The notes beneath the pieces are model-generated. The model saw only the letters and a list, made by a program, of their open reading frames with translations, was not told where the DNA came from and ran no database searches. The translations under genes were made by a program, and so were the position numbers. Positions 17,846-27,714 of a stretch of 39,896 nucleotides of DNA are shown piece by piece. The stretch comes from Anaerolineales bacterium (GTDB lineage: Bacteria; Chloroflexota; Anaerolineae; Anaerolineales; UBA6668): positions 1-39,896 of the forward strand of contig JAHDBW010000007.1 of NCBI GenBank assembly GCA_020630175.1. Reading direction: 5' to 3'. Each line of letters opens with the position of its first letter. Position 1 is the stretch's first letter.

Positions 17846-20836
17846 CTAGAATCCTTCTAGTTTTGAAAGGTCGGCGACGCCTGTTGCCAAGTCTGCAATG
17901 TGTTGTAGCAACGCCAAGTTGTTGTGCCGGACGGCATCGTCTTTGTCCATGACCATCACACTGTCAAAGAACGTGGTGATGGCAGGCGTTACATTGCTAA
18001 ATGCAGCCACAAAGGTGTCAACGCTCGGGTCCATCAATTTGATGCTGGCATCGGTATAGGCCGCATAAAGTGCTTGCGTGTTTGGATCAGTGAACCCGGT
18101 TGGGTCAAGACGATGTTGTTGCTCTTCTTTACGTGTAATCCGCACACAGCGCGCATACGAGTCTAGCAAAGCTTCCCAAGTTGGCATCAGCACATGGTCA
18201 CCTAGCTGTGACGCAGACACGGCCGCTTTGAATGGATCATTCGCAGATTCAACCAACACGGCTTCAACAACATCATGGGCATAGCCAGCGTCACGCAAGA
18301 CCACGCGCAGGCGGCCCGCGATAAAGTTGATGACGCTTTGTTGCACATCGCTGCTGACATCCATTGGTTGTAAGCCAGCGGTGGCTTCTACGGCTTCGAT
18401 CAGGTCCAAATTGAGCTGCTTGCCGATGAGCGTTTGCACAATCCCCAAGGCCGCGCGACGTAAGCCAAACGGATCGGCATTGCCGGTTGGTTCTAAGCCA
18501 GCCGCAAATAACCCAACAAGTGAGTCTAAGCGGTCTGCTAGCCCGACAACGACAGCCGGCATTGTTTCTGCGACTGCATCACCAGAGCCTGCTGGCCAAT
18601 AGTGTTGTTCGATGGCGGCTGCAACGTCAGCTGGTTCGCCGCTGCGTAGCGCATAATCGCGCCCAATAACACCTTGTAGTGATGTCATTTCCACTACCAT
18701 TTGCGTAGCGAGGTCGGCTTTTGCCAACCAGGCTGCGCGTTCGGCAGTCGCTTGTTCAGCGGCGGTGAGTTCTAACGCAGCACCCAATGCTTTGCTCAGT
18801 TCAACCGTACGGTCAGACTTGTCTAGCATAGAGCCGAGTTTTTCTTGGAAGGTCAGTTTGCTTAGCTCTGGGCGGAAGTCAGCCAAGGCTTTGGTGACGT
18901 CTTCGCGCACAAAGTAATTCGCATCGGCAAAACGCGCGCGGATCACTTGTTCATTGCCATAAATGACCTTATCCAAGTGCTCGGCATCCCCATTACGCAC
19001 CCCAATGAAATACGGTTGAATTTCGCCGTCTTTCAGAACTGGGAAATAGCGTTGGTGCTTCCGCATAACTGCAATCAGAACTTCTTGCGGCAAGCTCAGG
19101 AAGTCTTCTTCAAACGTCCCCCGGAATGCGGTTGGCGCTTCGATGAGGTTGGCCACTTCAGCCAAAAGCCCTTCATCATCTGGAATAACACCGCCAACTT
19201 CGGCGGCTAGCTTGACAGCTTCGGCATGGCTATAGGCCCGGCGCTCTGCCAAGTTCCCCATAATGTGGTTGGCTGTCAGTGCAGCGGCATAATCAGTTGC
19301 GGTTGCAATTTCAAATGCGGGGCTGCTCAATGGGCGAATGCCTTTGCTTTCGCGGCCAGCAACCAATGTTGCGTAGGCAAACGGCACAACGTCACCACCT
19401 AACAACGACACCAACCAACGAATTGGGCGCGAGAAGGCGGTGTTGTTACCACCAACCCAGCGCATGGTGCGTTTGAATTTGAGCGCTGCAATCAACGCTG
19501 GAGCGAGTGTTGCTAACACCTCTGGTGCGCCTAGCCCCGGTTTTTTGACAATTGCAAAGACATAATCGTTGCCTTTGACTGCGCGTTTTTCTAAGTCGGC
19601 AACGTCTACGCCTTTGCCACGGGCAAACCCTTGCACCGCACGCGTTGGCTCGCCATTTTCATCAAAAGCACGGTCCCAAGACGGGCCGCGTGATTCTTCA
19701 ATCGCATCTGGCTGACGTGCAGCAAGCTCATGTACCAAGATTGCTAAGCGCCGTGGCGTAGCAAAGTATTCAATTTCACCATGTGTCAGGCGGTTTTCGG
19801 CAAACATGGTTGGCACGAGCGTTTGAAGTTGCGCCAAGGCATCATCAACATTCGATGCAGGCAATTCTTCAACCCCAATTTCAAGCAAATAAGCTTGGGC
19901 ATCTGCTTGCGCGGCAGGCAACGCTGGTACAACGGGTTCAACCGTTGCTGGCGTTTTATCCATCCACGGGAAGCCAAGCTCTTCGCGTTGGGCAACATAT
20001 GCTTCTGATACTTTGCGTGACAAGTTACGCATGCGGCGGAAGTAATTGGCCCGTTCGGTAACGCCAACTGCACCGCGCGTATCAAGCACGTTGAACGTGT
20101 GTGAACATTTCAGCACATTATCGTGCGCAGGCAGGACGAGGCCCCGTTCTAAGGCGGCTAATGCTTCGGCTTCGGCAATATCAAACACGTTGCGCATGCG
20201 GTCAACATCAGCAATTTCAAAGTTGTAAGCGCTGTGCTCTTGCTCTGATTGCAGGTTGACATCGCCATAGGTGAAGGTGTCCGTCCATTTGATGTCACGG
20301 AAGTTATTCACCCCTTGCAGTGCGATGGCAATGCGCTCGAGGCCGTATGTAATTTCAACGGCAGGCGATTCAAGTGCTTGGCCACCAGCTTGTTGAAAGT
20401 ATGTAAATTGCGTAATTTCTTGGCCATCTAGCCAAACTTCCCAACCCAGCCCCCACGCACCGAGTGCTGGTGATTCCCAGTTGTCTTCTACAAAGCGAAT
20501 ATCATGCTCGCGGCGGTTGATACCAACTGCTTCAAGCGATTGCAAATAAAGTTCTTGCGGGTTGCCCGGATCTGGCTGCAAGATCACTTGATATTGATAG
20601 TGCTGATTGAGACGGTTTGGGTTTTCGCCATAGCGACCATCATCTGGACGCACAGAAGGCTCTACGTACGCAACGCTCCATGGCTCTGGGCCAAGTACGC
20701 GCAGCACGGTCGCGGGATTCATTGTCCCCGCCCCAACTTGGTGGTTATACGGTTGCCAAATTAGGCAGCCTTGCTCCGCCCAAAATTTTTCGAGACGGAT
20801 AATAATTTCTTGGAAAGTAATGGCTTTTTCAGACAT
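17846..20836 (-). CDS. glyQS: Glycine--tRNA ligase, fused alpha and beta subunits
   Basis: Alpha part ([44 protein letters not shown]) is in frame with the beta part ([46 protein letters not shown]). Confidence 0.96.
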   Translation of the reverse strand: MSEKAITFQEIIIRLEKFWAEQGCLIWQPYNHQVGAGTMNPATVLRVLGPEPWSVAYVEPSVRPDDGRYGENPNRLNQHYQYQVILQPDPGNPQELYLQSLEAVGINRREHDIRFVEDNWESPALGAWGLGWEVWLDGQEITQFTYFQQAGGQALESPAVEITYGLERIAIALQGVNNFRDIKWTDTFTYGDVNLQSEQEHSAYNFEIADVDRMRNVFDIAEAEALAALERGLVLPAHDNVLKCSHTFNVLDTRGAVGVTERANYFRRMRNLSRKVSEAYVAQREELGFPWMDKTPATVEPVVPALPAAQADAQAYLLEIGVEELPASNVDDALAQLQTLVPTMFAENRLTHGEIEYFATPRRLAILVHELAARQPDAIEESRGPSWDRAFDENGEPTRAVQGFARGKGVDVADLEKRAVKGNDYVFAIVKKPGLGAPEVLATLAPALIAALKFKRTMRWVGGNNTAFSRPIRWLVSLLGGDVVPFAYATLVAGRESKGIRPLSSPAFEIATATDYAAALTANHIMGNLAERRAYSHAEAVKLAAEVGGVIPDDEGLLAEVANLIEAPTAFRGTFEEDFLSLPQEVLIAVMRKHQRYFPVLKDGEIQPYFIGVRNGDAEHLDKVIYGNEQVIRARFADANYFVREDVTKALADFRPELSKLTFQEKLGSMLDKSDRTVELSKALGAALELTAAEQATAERAAWLAKADLATQMVVEMTSLQGVIGRDYALRSGEPADVAAAIEQHYWPAGSGDAVAETMPAVVVGLADRLDSLVGLFAAGLEPTGNADPFGLRRAALGIVQTLIGKQLNLDLIEAVEATAGLQPMDVSSDVQQSVINFIAGRLRVVLRDAGYAHDVVEAVLVESANDPFKAAVSASQLGDHVLMPTWEALLDSYARCVRITRKEEQQHRLDPTGFTDPNTQALYAAYTDASIKLMDPSVDTFVAAFSNVTPAITTFFDSVMVMDKDDAVRHNNLALLQHIADLATGVADLSKLEGF

Positions 20837-20965
20837 TTATTTTTTATGGCCCATTTGGGCACTAAGCATGATGTCAGCACGAAAACGTGCTGTGGTGTTG
20901 TGTTTACCTAATTTACGGGCGGTATTTATTCTAATTTTATAGTGGATTTTGAATCCACGCGTTGG

Positions 20966-21730
20966 CTATTCCGCCAAATAGGGTGCACTCCAAGCCGCGA
21001 CGACATTACCAACATATATAGCATCAGCGTCTTCTGTTAGTAGGTGATCCGCATCATCTAATGAGATAAAGCTTTTAGGATGCAGCGCCGCGCTAAAAAT
21101 TTCAGCGGCATTATCCACACTAACCGTGTTATCAATTGGCGAGTGCATGACAAGTAAGGCGCGCTTCAAATCGCGAATAAAACCGGTCATGCGGTATTGA
21201 TCCAGATCATCTACGAACTGCTTTTTGATACAGAATTTACGCCCAGCCAGCATGATTTCAGCCGCGCCTTTTGTTTCGATCTCATCAATATGATGCTCAA
21301 CCATGTGCAGAATATGCGCTGCCTTTGAGGGCGACCCAATTGTCACGACTGCTTTGCAGCTTTCCACGTGGGCGGCCGCTTGCAACACCGCTGCCCCGCC
21401 AAGAGAATGTCCGATCATCAACTGTGGTGCCGCGCCGCGCATGTTCATAAAGTCTACGGCGGCAAACAAATCTTCAATATTTGAAGAGACGTTGGTGTCT
21501 GCAAAGTCGCCTTCGCTTTTGCCTAACCCAGTAAAGTCAAATCGCAACACAGCCACGCCTTTATCCGTCAGTGCTTGGGCAATGCGCCCTACAGCTCGCA
21601 GATTCTTACTACAGGTAAAGCAGTGTGCAAACAAAGCAAACGCACGCGGCGCACCTGCATCTGGCGTTTCAAAACGCCCAGAAAGTTCTGTGCCTTGGCT
21701 ACCGGGGAACGTGACAAATTCTGTCTTCAT
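20966..21730 (-). CDS. Alpha/beta hydrolase (N-terminal domain type of hydrolase-OsmC fusions)
   Basis: FAHCFTCSK, RFDFTGLGKSEGDF, nucleophile GHSLGG, HSPIDNTV and HPKSFISLDDADHLL. Confidence 0.88.
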   Translation of the reverse strand: MKTEFVTFPGSQGTELSGRFETPDAGAPRAFALFAHCFTCSKNLRAVGRIAQALTDKGVAVLRFDFTGLGKSEGDFADTNVSSNIEDLFAAVDFMNMRGAAPQLMIGHSLGGAAVLQAAAHVESCKAVVTIGSPSKAAHILHMVEHHIDEIETKGAAEIMLAGRKFCIKKQFVDDLDQYRMTGFIRDLKRALLVMHSPIDNTVSVDNAAEIFSAALHPKSFISLDDADHLLTEDADAIYVGNVVAAWSAPYLAE

Positions 21731-21761
21731 AATAGATAGTGATATAAAACGGGTGTGGCGC

Positions 21762-22556
21762 TTACAGCGATTTTTTATCTGGCGGCGTTAGCGTTGCGAC
21801 CATGTGCCGCACGCGGTGCAAGAAGTCGGCAGACTTCAAGCGTCGTTCAAGCAGGGCTGCGATATATTTCGTCATCACCTGCTCTACTTCACGCGCAACG
21901 GGTTTACGCAACGTAAGCTGCTCAATTTGTTCATACGTGCTGCGTTGCAAAAAGCGGATGACCTTCAGCGCCTGTAATGAAATCGGGAATGCGCCAACTT
22001 GCGTGGCTCCATATTGCGGTCGCACAACGCCCCCGGCTAGCGGATCAAAGAATTGATCTTCCGCCGCAATCGGTTCGCCGCTAACAACACAATACGACAG
22101 TTCAGGCCGGAACCCAACCTGATTGAGCAACTGCAATTCAAAGTAGTGCGCCATCAACATCGGGTTATCGGTGTCGCAATTCCAGCGCATCGCGCTAACT
22201 AGCAACGCATATTGTTCTGGATTGGCGTCATTTTCAATTGTGAAGCGTTCTAACAGTTCAACGTAGTAGCCGGCGAAGCTGACGCGTAACAAATCGTCGC
22301 GTAAGCAATGGTAGGTTTCGAGCGTGTCTACCTGCGTGACGATATGCCATTCACGCCCGCGTGCCAAGAGCAAATCGACCCGATTGTAGAGATCAAGGTG
22401 CCCGGCTTTGCGGCTATGCAAACGGCGAATGCCTTTTGCTAGCAGTTTGAGCTTGCCATAATCTGGCGTGAGTACGGTCAGAATTCGGTCAGCTTCACGG
22501 AATTCTTGTTGCCGCATCACGATTGCCTCGGTGCGGAGCGTACGATCACGTGCCAT
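21762..22556 (-). CDS. recO: DNA repair protein RecO
   Basis: EADRILTVLTPDYGKL..LAKGIRR..SR and FELQLL..VGFRPELSYCVVSG. Lies between cdd and glyQS. Confidence 0.93.
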   Translation of the reverse strand: MARDRTLRTEAIVMRQQEFREADRILTVLTPDYGKLKLLAKGIRRLHSRKAGHLDLYNRVDLLLARGREWHIVTQVDTLETYHCLRDDLLRVSFAGYYVELLERFTIENDANPEQYALLVSAMRWNCDTDNPMLMAHYFELQLLNQVGFRPELSYCVVSGEPIAAEDQFFDPLAGGVVRPQYGATQVGAFPISLQALKVIRFLQRSTYEQIEQLTLRKPVAREVEQVMTKYIAALLERRLKSADFLHRVRHMVATLTPPDKKSL

Positions 22557-22573
22557 TTATTAGACTCTTCGCG

Positions 22574-22963
22574 TTAGAGATTTGCGGGGCCAAACCCATC
22601 CACAAGCAATTCATCAAGTCGCATTGTGTGCCTGATGTTACCGTCGAGGTCAGCCATGATCACATCAAGGGTTGGCGCAAACTCTGTTAGCACCTGGCGG
22701 CAGACACCACACGGCGAAACCGCCCCTTTTGAAACCACCGCAATCTTCACAAACTCACGTTGCCCTTCTGATACAGCTTTGAACACCGCCGTGCGTTCCG
22801 CGCAGTTTGTGGGCGAATACGCCGCATTTTCAATATTGACGCCAGTAATGACAGCGCCGTCTGCCGTTAGTAACGCCGCGCCAACTTTGAAGTTGGAATA
22901 TGGCGCATAACAGAATTGCGTCGCGTCAACTGCTGCTTGGACAAGGTCTTGTGTAGTGATCAT
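22574..22963 (-). CDS. cdd: Cytidine deaminase (homotetrameric type)
   Basis: YAPYSNFKVGAAL, NIENAAY, CAERTA and PCGVCRQ. Confidence 0.95.
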   Translation of the reverse strand: MITTQDLVQAAVDATQFCYAPYSNFKVGAALLTADGAVITGVNIENAAYSPTNCAERTAVFKAVSEGQREFVKIAVVSKGAVSPCGVCRQVLTEFAPTLDVIMADLDGNIRHTMRLDELLVDGFGPANL

Positions 22964-23100
22964 GGATTGATGAGTTGGTTGATTGGCCAGTTTGTTGGTT
23001 TGTTGGTTGGCTTGTTGGTTGGTTGGTTTGCGCTATGTCTTGAAATACAGACCAACCAACTAACTACCCAACTATCCAACTAACGCCCTAATCCCCTAAC
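22964..23100. repeat. Inverted TTGG/CCAA low-complexity arrays
   Basis: (G/T)TTGG-rich tract at ~22973-23030 facing a CCAAC/CTAAC-rich tract at ~23051-23100. Confidence 0.7.
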
Positions 23101-24442
23101 TCCGCTTCCGGAGAACGCGTGCTGGGACGCCAACCGCTGTGGCATCTTCCGGCACGTTCTTGGTAACAACAGAGCCTGCTCCGGTGCGTGCGCGGTCGCC
23201 AATGGTAAGTGGCGCAACGAGCATTGAATCGCTGCCGATAAAGACGTCTTCGCCAATTTCTGTGCGGTGCTTTTTATGGTCAGCGCTGAAGTTACAGGTG
23301 ATGGTGCCGGCCCCAATGTTGGTGTTTGCACCAATGGTGGCGTCGCCAATATAAGAGAAGTGCCCGACTTTCACGCCTGGGCCAAGGTAAGACTTTTTGA
23401 TTTCACCAAAGTTACCCATATGGACCCCATCTGCCAAGTGCGCGCCTTTACGCAAGTGCCCAAACGGCCCTATATCCACATTGTTTTCCATGGTGGCTTC
23501 TTCTAAGACTGAGGCTTCAATTTCACAGTGGTTGCCAATGGTGCAGTCACGGATGATGCTGTTCGGACCCACGGTGCAATTTTCACCGATGGCAGTCGCG
23601 CCTTCAATCATCGTATTTGGCAAAATCACGGTGTCTGCACCAATCGTGACATCAACGCCAATATACGTTGTATCTGGGTCTACCAGCGTAACGCCAGCTT
23701 CCATCATGCCAATGTTGATGCGCGTGCGCAGTCGTTTTTCTGCTTCGGCAAGATGCACGCGCGTATTGATGCCAATGGCCTCGGTATTGTCTTCAAGGAT
23801 CACAGCATCGACGCGTAAGTCTTGCGCAACGGCCATGGCAACCAAATCGGTTAGGTAATACTCACCTTTTGGTGATTTTTCAATGTTGTGTAGGTTTTCC
23901 CAAAGCCAGTCTGCGTCAAAGCAATACACCCCAACGTTGAGCTCTTTGATTTCGCGCTGTTCTGGCGTGCAGTCTGCATCTTCAACAATGGCAGCCACGC
24001 CGCCATCTGCTAGGCGCACAATGCGCCCAAAGCCACGCGGGTCTTCAGCAATGATGGTGGTCATGGTTAGCGGGCCGCTGTTATTGGCTTGACGATCAAT
24101 AACCGTTTGCAACGTTGCGGCTGTTAGCAGCGGCATATCAGCCGCCCAAACTAGCACTTGTGAGGCGTTGCCTTTCAGTAGGCCTTCCGTTTGCATCACC
24201 GCGTGCCCGGTGCCTAATTGGTCGGCTTGGAGCGCGAATTGTGCGGTTTCGCCCAAGCTGGCTTTCACATCATCTGCGCCATGGCCCACAATCACAACTG
24301 GCTTTGCGTCGCCAATGCGGCTGGCAAGCGCAACAGCGTGATTGACCAATGGCTTGCCCGCAACTTTGTGCAGCACCTTTGGCAGTTTAGATTTCATGCG
24401 GGTGCCTTTACCGGCAGCCATAATTACGGTTGCAATTGTCAT
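23096..24442 (-). CDS. glmU: Bifunctional UDP-GlcNAc pyrophosphorylase/glucosamine-1-phosphate N-acetyltransferase
   Basis: MAAGKGTRMKSKLPKVLH, QLGTGHAV, EYYLTDL, hexapeptide repeats and GHFSYIGDA...NIGAGTITCN. Confidence 0.96.
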   Translation of the reverse strand: MTIATVIMAAGKGTRMKSKLPKVLHKVAGKPLVNHAVALASRIGDAKPVVIVGHGADDVKASLGETAQFALQADQLGTGHAVMQTEGLLKGNASQVLVWAADMPLLTAATLQTVIDRQANNSGPLTMTTIIAEDPRGFGRIVRLADGGVAAIVEDADCTPEQREIKELNVGVYCFDADWLWENLHNIEKSPKGEYYLTDLVAMAVAQDLRVDAVILEDNTEAIGINTRVHLAEAEKRLRTRINIGMMEAGVTLVDPDTTYIGVDVTIGADTVILPNTMIEGATAIGENCTVGPNSIIRDCTIGNHCEIEASVLEEATMENNVDIGPFGHLRKGAHLADGVHMGNFGEIKKSYLGPGVKVGHFSYIGDATIGANTNIGAGTITCNFSADHKKHRTEIGEDVFIGSDSMLVAPLTIGDRARTGAGSVVTKNVPEDATAVGVPARVLRKRS

Positions 24443-24443
24443 T

Positions 24444-24552
24444 TTAGTTATCAGCCTTCCGCGATCAGCGGACAGCTTCCGCTAATAGCGTTTAGATTTG
24501 AAAGTATCTTAGCAAGAACAGGTATAAGCCGATTGCTGACACCTGAGCGCTG
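24444..24552. repeat. TCAGC/GCTGA heptamer arrays in the glmU upstream region
   Basis: tcagcct-tccgcga-tcagcgg-acagctt ... gccgatt-gctgaca-cctgagc. Shares gattgctgac and acacctgag with 17812-17841. Confidence 0.6.
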
Positions 24553-24569
24553 TTCCCTAAATTTAGCAT

Positions 24570-24605
24570 AAAAAAAGCCCCACGCAAGATTTTGCATGGG
24601 GCTTT
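24570..24605 (-). terminator. Rho-independent terminator after tRNA-Gln
   Basis: aaaaaagccccacgcaa-gatt-ttgcatggggcttt, giving a U-tract on the minus strand. Confidence 0.85.
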
Positions 24606-24613
24606 ATAAGACG

Positions 24614-24684
24614 CTGACCTACCTGGATTCGAACCAAGACCGACTGTTCCAAAGACAGCTGTGCTACCATTACACCATAGGTCA
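24614..24684 (-). tRNA. tRNA-Gln (anticodon UUG)
   Basis: TGACCTA-TG-GTGTAATGGTAGCAC-A-GCTGT-CTTTGGA-ACAGT-CGGT-CTTGG-TTCGAAT-CCAGG-TAGGTCA-G. U1-A72 pair and G discriminator. CCA is not encoded. Confidence 0.96.
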
Positions 24685-24695
24685 GAGCGACCTAA

Positions 24696-24704
24696 ATTCT
24701 AGCA
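24696..24704 (-). promoter_or_regulatory. Extended -10 promoter of tRNA-Gln
   Basis: TGcTAGAAT, 11 nt upstream of the tRNA 5' end. Confidence 0.6.
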
Positions 24705-24749
24705 CAACTTCTACAAAAAATAGAAATAATTGGTCAAATCAATTTTGAA

Positions 24750-25754
24750 TTACTCACCATCGACGGCAACTTTGTAGCAAGCGACGTCCATTCCGCTGCC
24801 TTTGCGCTCTAATGGCGGGTGATCATGCGTTTTGCAGTACTCATCCCGAATTGGGCAGCGGCCATAAAAACGGCATTGCGCAGGCGGATCGATTGCTTTA
24901 CTAATCCCGCCTTCAATCAACACCGGGTCACGCGTAATGCGCGGGTCTGGAATTGGCACCGCCGATAGCAACGCTTTTGTATACGGATGCCGCGGATTGC
25001 TCAACAGTTCTTCCGTTGGACCAATCTCAACAATTTTCCCCAAGTACATCACCGCAATCCGATCACACATGTAGCGGGCAACCGCTAAGTCATGCGTAAT
25101 GTAGAGATAGGTCACGTCCAAGCGCTCTGCCAAATCTTGCATCAACTTCATCACGCCCGTGCGGATGGACACATCAAGCATGGAGGTTGGCTCATCGGCC
25201 ACCACAAAGTTTGGCTCAATGACCAAGGCGCGCGCAATCGCAACGCGCTGCCGTTGCCCACCAGACAATTCATGCGGGTAACGGAACAAGAAACTTGATG
25301 CTGGGGTTAGCCCCACCATTTCCAAGAATTCTGTAACGCGCTCTTCACGTTGTGCAATGGTGCCAATGCCTTGAACAGAGAGCGGCTCGCCCACAATGTC
25401 AAAAATTGTCATGCGTGGGTTCATCGACTCGTACGGATCTTGGAAGATCATTTGTACATTGCGGCGGTAGTCTTTGCGATCTGCGCGGTCAATGTTGTTT
25501 ACATCAATGTAATCATCATTAACTTTTAGCTGGATCTTGCCATCGCTAGGTTCATACAGGCTTACTAGCATCTTGCCAGTTGTACTTTTACCACAGCCCG
25601 ATTCACCGACCAAGCCAAGACTTTCACCTTGTCCAATTTCAAAATTCAAGCCATCCACAGCGTGGTTGAAGCTTGTTGCTTTGCGGAAGACGCCAGCATC
25701 AATTGGGTACAGCTTGCGTAAGCCCTCTACTTTGATTAATGGTTGATCACTCAT
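24750..25754 (-). CDS. oppF: Oligo/dipeptide ABC transporter ATP-binding subunit (OppF/DppF-like)
   Basis: [47 protein letters not shown] and a C-terminal CRF..RCP Cys cluster. Confidence 0.9.
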   Translation of the reverse strand: MSDQPLIKVEGLRKLYPIDAGVFRKATSFNHAVDGLNFEIGQGESLGLVGESGCGKSTTGKMLVSLYEPSDGKIQLKVNDDYIDVNNIDRADRKDYRRNVQMIFQDPYESMNPRMTIFDIVGEPLSVQGIGTIAQREERVTEFLEMVGLTPASSFLFRYPHELSGGQRQRVAIARALVIEPNFVVADEPTSMLDVSIRTGVMKLMQDLAERLDVTYLYITHDLAVARYMCDRIAVMYLGKIVEIGPTEELLSNPRHPYTKALLSAVPIPDPRITRDPVLIEGGISKAIDPPAQCRFYGRCPIRDEYCKTHDHPPLERKGSGMDVACYKVAVDGE

Positions 25755-25756
25755 GT

Positions 25757-26731
25757 TTAGTTGACCTCCATTGGGTTCCAGCAGGCGCAGAAATGGTTAT
25801 TGCCATAGTCTTTCCATTCTGGTTGTTCTTGGTCACATTGTTCAATGCGGTTTGGGCAACGCGGATGGAAGCGACACCCCTTTGGTGGATGCAGCAAATC
25901 TGGCGGCTCGCCCGGTAGTGAAATAAGCTCTTTCTTAGGGCCAGTAACACTTGGGAAAGACTGCATCAGCGCATAGGTGTAAGGATGAATTGGCCGGATG
26001 AAGATCTCTTCCGTATCAGCCAGTTCCACCATGCGTCCGGCATACATCACGCCGACACGGTCGCTTACTTCTGCAATAACGGCTACATCATGCGAGATAT
26101 AGACCATCGACATGTTCAAGTTTTCTTGTAATGCCGTGATTTCTTTCAAAATGCTGTCTTGCACAATCACATCGAGCGCCGTGGTTGGTTCATCGGCAAT
26201 GATGATGTCTGGATCACAAGAAAGCGCCATGGCAATCACAGCCCGTTGCCGCATCCCACCAGAATACTCGTGTGGGTAGCGATCCATCATTTCTGGCGCT
26301 AGGCCAACCATGCGGAATAGAGTTTCAATCTTAGCGCGGCCTTCTGCTTCAGTGACTTTTGGCAAGTGCGTTTCAATCGCTTCAATGATTTGATCGCCCA
26401 CGGTATACACTGGGTTGAACGCATTCATTGCCGCCTGAAACACCATTGAAATTTCACTCCAACGGTGGGTGCGCATTTCTGTTTCAGAAAGCGGCACCAT
26501 GTCTTTGCCGTTCAGCACAATTTGACCCTGTTGGATCATCGCATTGTCTGGCAAGAGTTTGAGCAGTGATTTCGCAATACTCGTTTTGCCACAGCCCGAT
26601 TCACCCACTAGCCCAAGCGCTTGACCGCGCTTGATAGAAAAGCTGACATTATCCACCGCAGACACATTGCCTTTGCGGGTGGAATATTCCATGGTCAGAT
26701 TTTTGACTTCAATTACATTGTCGTTACTCAT
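25757..26731 (-). CDS. oppD: Oligo/dipeptide ABC transporter ATP-binding subunit (OppD/DppD-like)
   Basis: GESGCGKT, YPHEYSGGMRQR, DEPTTALDV and GCRFHPRCP...C...CAC. SD AGGA precedes the ATG at 26731. Confidence 0.9.
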   Translation of the reverse strand: MSNDNVIEVKNLTMEYSTRKGNVSAVDNVSFSIKRGQALGLVGESGCGKTSIAKSLLKLLPDNAMIQQGQIVLNGKDMVPLSETEMRTHRWSEISMVFQAAMNAFNPVYTVGDQIIEAIETHLPKVTEAEGRAKIETLFRMVGLAPEMMDRYPHEYSGGMRQRAVIAMALSCDPDIIIADEPTTALDVIVQDSILKEITALQENLNMSMVYISHDVAVIAEVSDRVGVMYAGRMVELADTEEIFIRPIHPYTYALMQSFPSVTGPKKELISLPGEPPDLLHPPKGCRFHPRCPNRIEQCDQEQPEWKDYGNNHFCACWNPMEVN

Positions 26732-26742
26732 GACCAATTCCT

Positions 26743-27696
26743 TTAGCGTTGGCGCAAGCGCGGGTTGACGATTTCATCTAGTGCCCGGCCAACTAAGTAA
26801 AACGCTGAACTCAGCAGCGTAATAGACAGCCCAGCAGGGAAAATGAGGTACCACTTGGTGTTGAAGTCCAACATATAACCTAGGGTACGCGTTGTATTGA
26901 GCATAATGCCCCAACTCATATCCACTTCAAGCAGACCAAGGAAAGCCAATACCGCTTCAGAGAAAATAGCGCCGGTTACAGCGAACATCATGTAAAGCAA
27001 GGCAATTGGCATTAGATTTGGCAAAAGATGCCGGAAGATGATGTGAAAATCACCCCCGCCTGCAACGCGCGCGGCCTCAATATAAGGCTTGACCTTGATC
27101 GAGAGCGCCTGCGATTTGATCACCACTGTCGAGGCACTAAAGGCCGAGATGATCCCAATCACAATCGCAAGCTGCACAATACTCAGTTCAAACAGCCCAC
27201 TAATTACAATCAGAATTGAAAGCGCTGGCACCATAATGACCAAGTCCACCACGCGCATGATGATGTTATCTACAATGCCACCGTAGTAGGCGGCAACCGC
27301 GCCTAGGGTTGTTGCAATTGTTACTGTTACCACTGCGGCGAGTACGGCCAAAATAAATTCATTGCGCGCGCTAAACATTAGCTGGCTAAGAATGTCTTGC
27401 CCTTGCGGTGCAGTGCCTAGCAAATGCCGTAAAGACGGTGGCGATGGATTGACCGGCGACTGTGGATCAAAGCCGTTGATTGGGTTATAGATATTTGGGT
27501 CCCACACGGTGTTCAACAGGATTGGGTGCATAATCACCAGCAGGAAGAAAAACATAATAATCCCGAGGCCAATTAGCCCGACCGGATTTTCTGCAAACAA
27601 GGCCCAGTTGGCAGCCGCTGATTTCCGAAAAAGTGCCCAGCGTGCTTTCCAGACAGACGATGTTTGTGCACCAGAGTTCGATGTATTTGATGTCAT
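26743..27696 (-). CDS. oppC: Peptide ABC transporter permease (OppC-like)
   Basis: HLLGTAPQGQDILSQL, EAA loop YIEAARVAGG..HIIFRHLLPN and SWG.ML. Confidence 0.9.
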   Translation of the reverse strand: MTSNTSNSGAQTSSVWKARWALFRKSAAANWALFAENPVGLIGLGIIMFFFLLVIMHPILLNTVWDPNIYNPINGFDPQSPVNPSPPSLRHLLGTAPQGQDILSQLMFSARNEFILAVLAAVVTVTIATTLGAVAAYYGGIVDNIIMRVVDLVIMVPALSILIVISGLFELSIVQLAIVIGIISAFSASTVVIKSQALSIKVKPYIEAARVAGGGDFHIIFRHLLPNLMPIALLYMMFAVTGAIFSEAVLAFLGLLEVDMSWGIMLNTTRTLGYMLDFNTKWYLIFPAGLSITLLSSAFYLVGRALDEIVNPRLRQR

Positions 27697-27714
27697 AGAA
27701 AAATACTCTTTAGA

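Noticed and set aside
20837-20965. Possible T-box riboswitch upstream of glyQS
   Set aside because: The gap is only 129 nt, with no GGTGGNACCGCG T-box or terminator, only three small hairpins.
22964-23100. CRISPR array
   Set aside because: The repeats are 4-8 nt and degenerate, with no constant 23-47-nt repeat, no unique spacers and no cas genes.
23096-24442. GlmU motif deviations (WAADMP, GFGRI, CNFSAD) suggesting inactivation
   Set aside because: The key motifs (GxGTRM, the catalytic His in GHFSY, EYYLTD) are intact and the ORF is full length, so this is most likely ordinary divergence.
24614-24684. tRNA as the integration site of a genomic island
   Set aside because: No integrase, no duplicated tRNA 3' end noticed, and the flanks are housekeeping genes.
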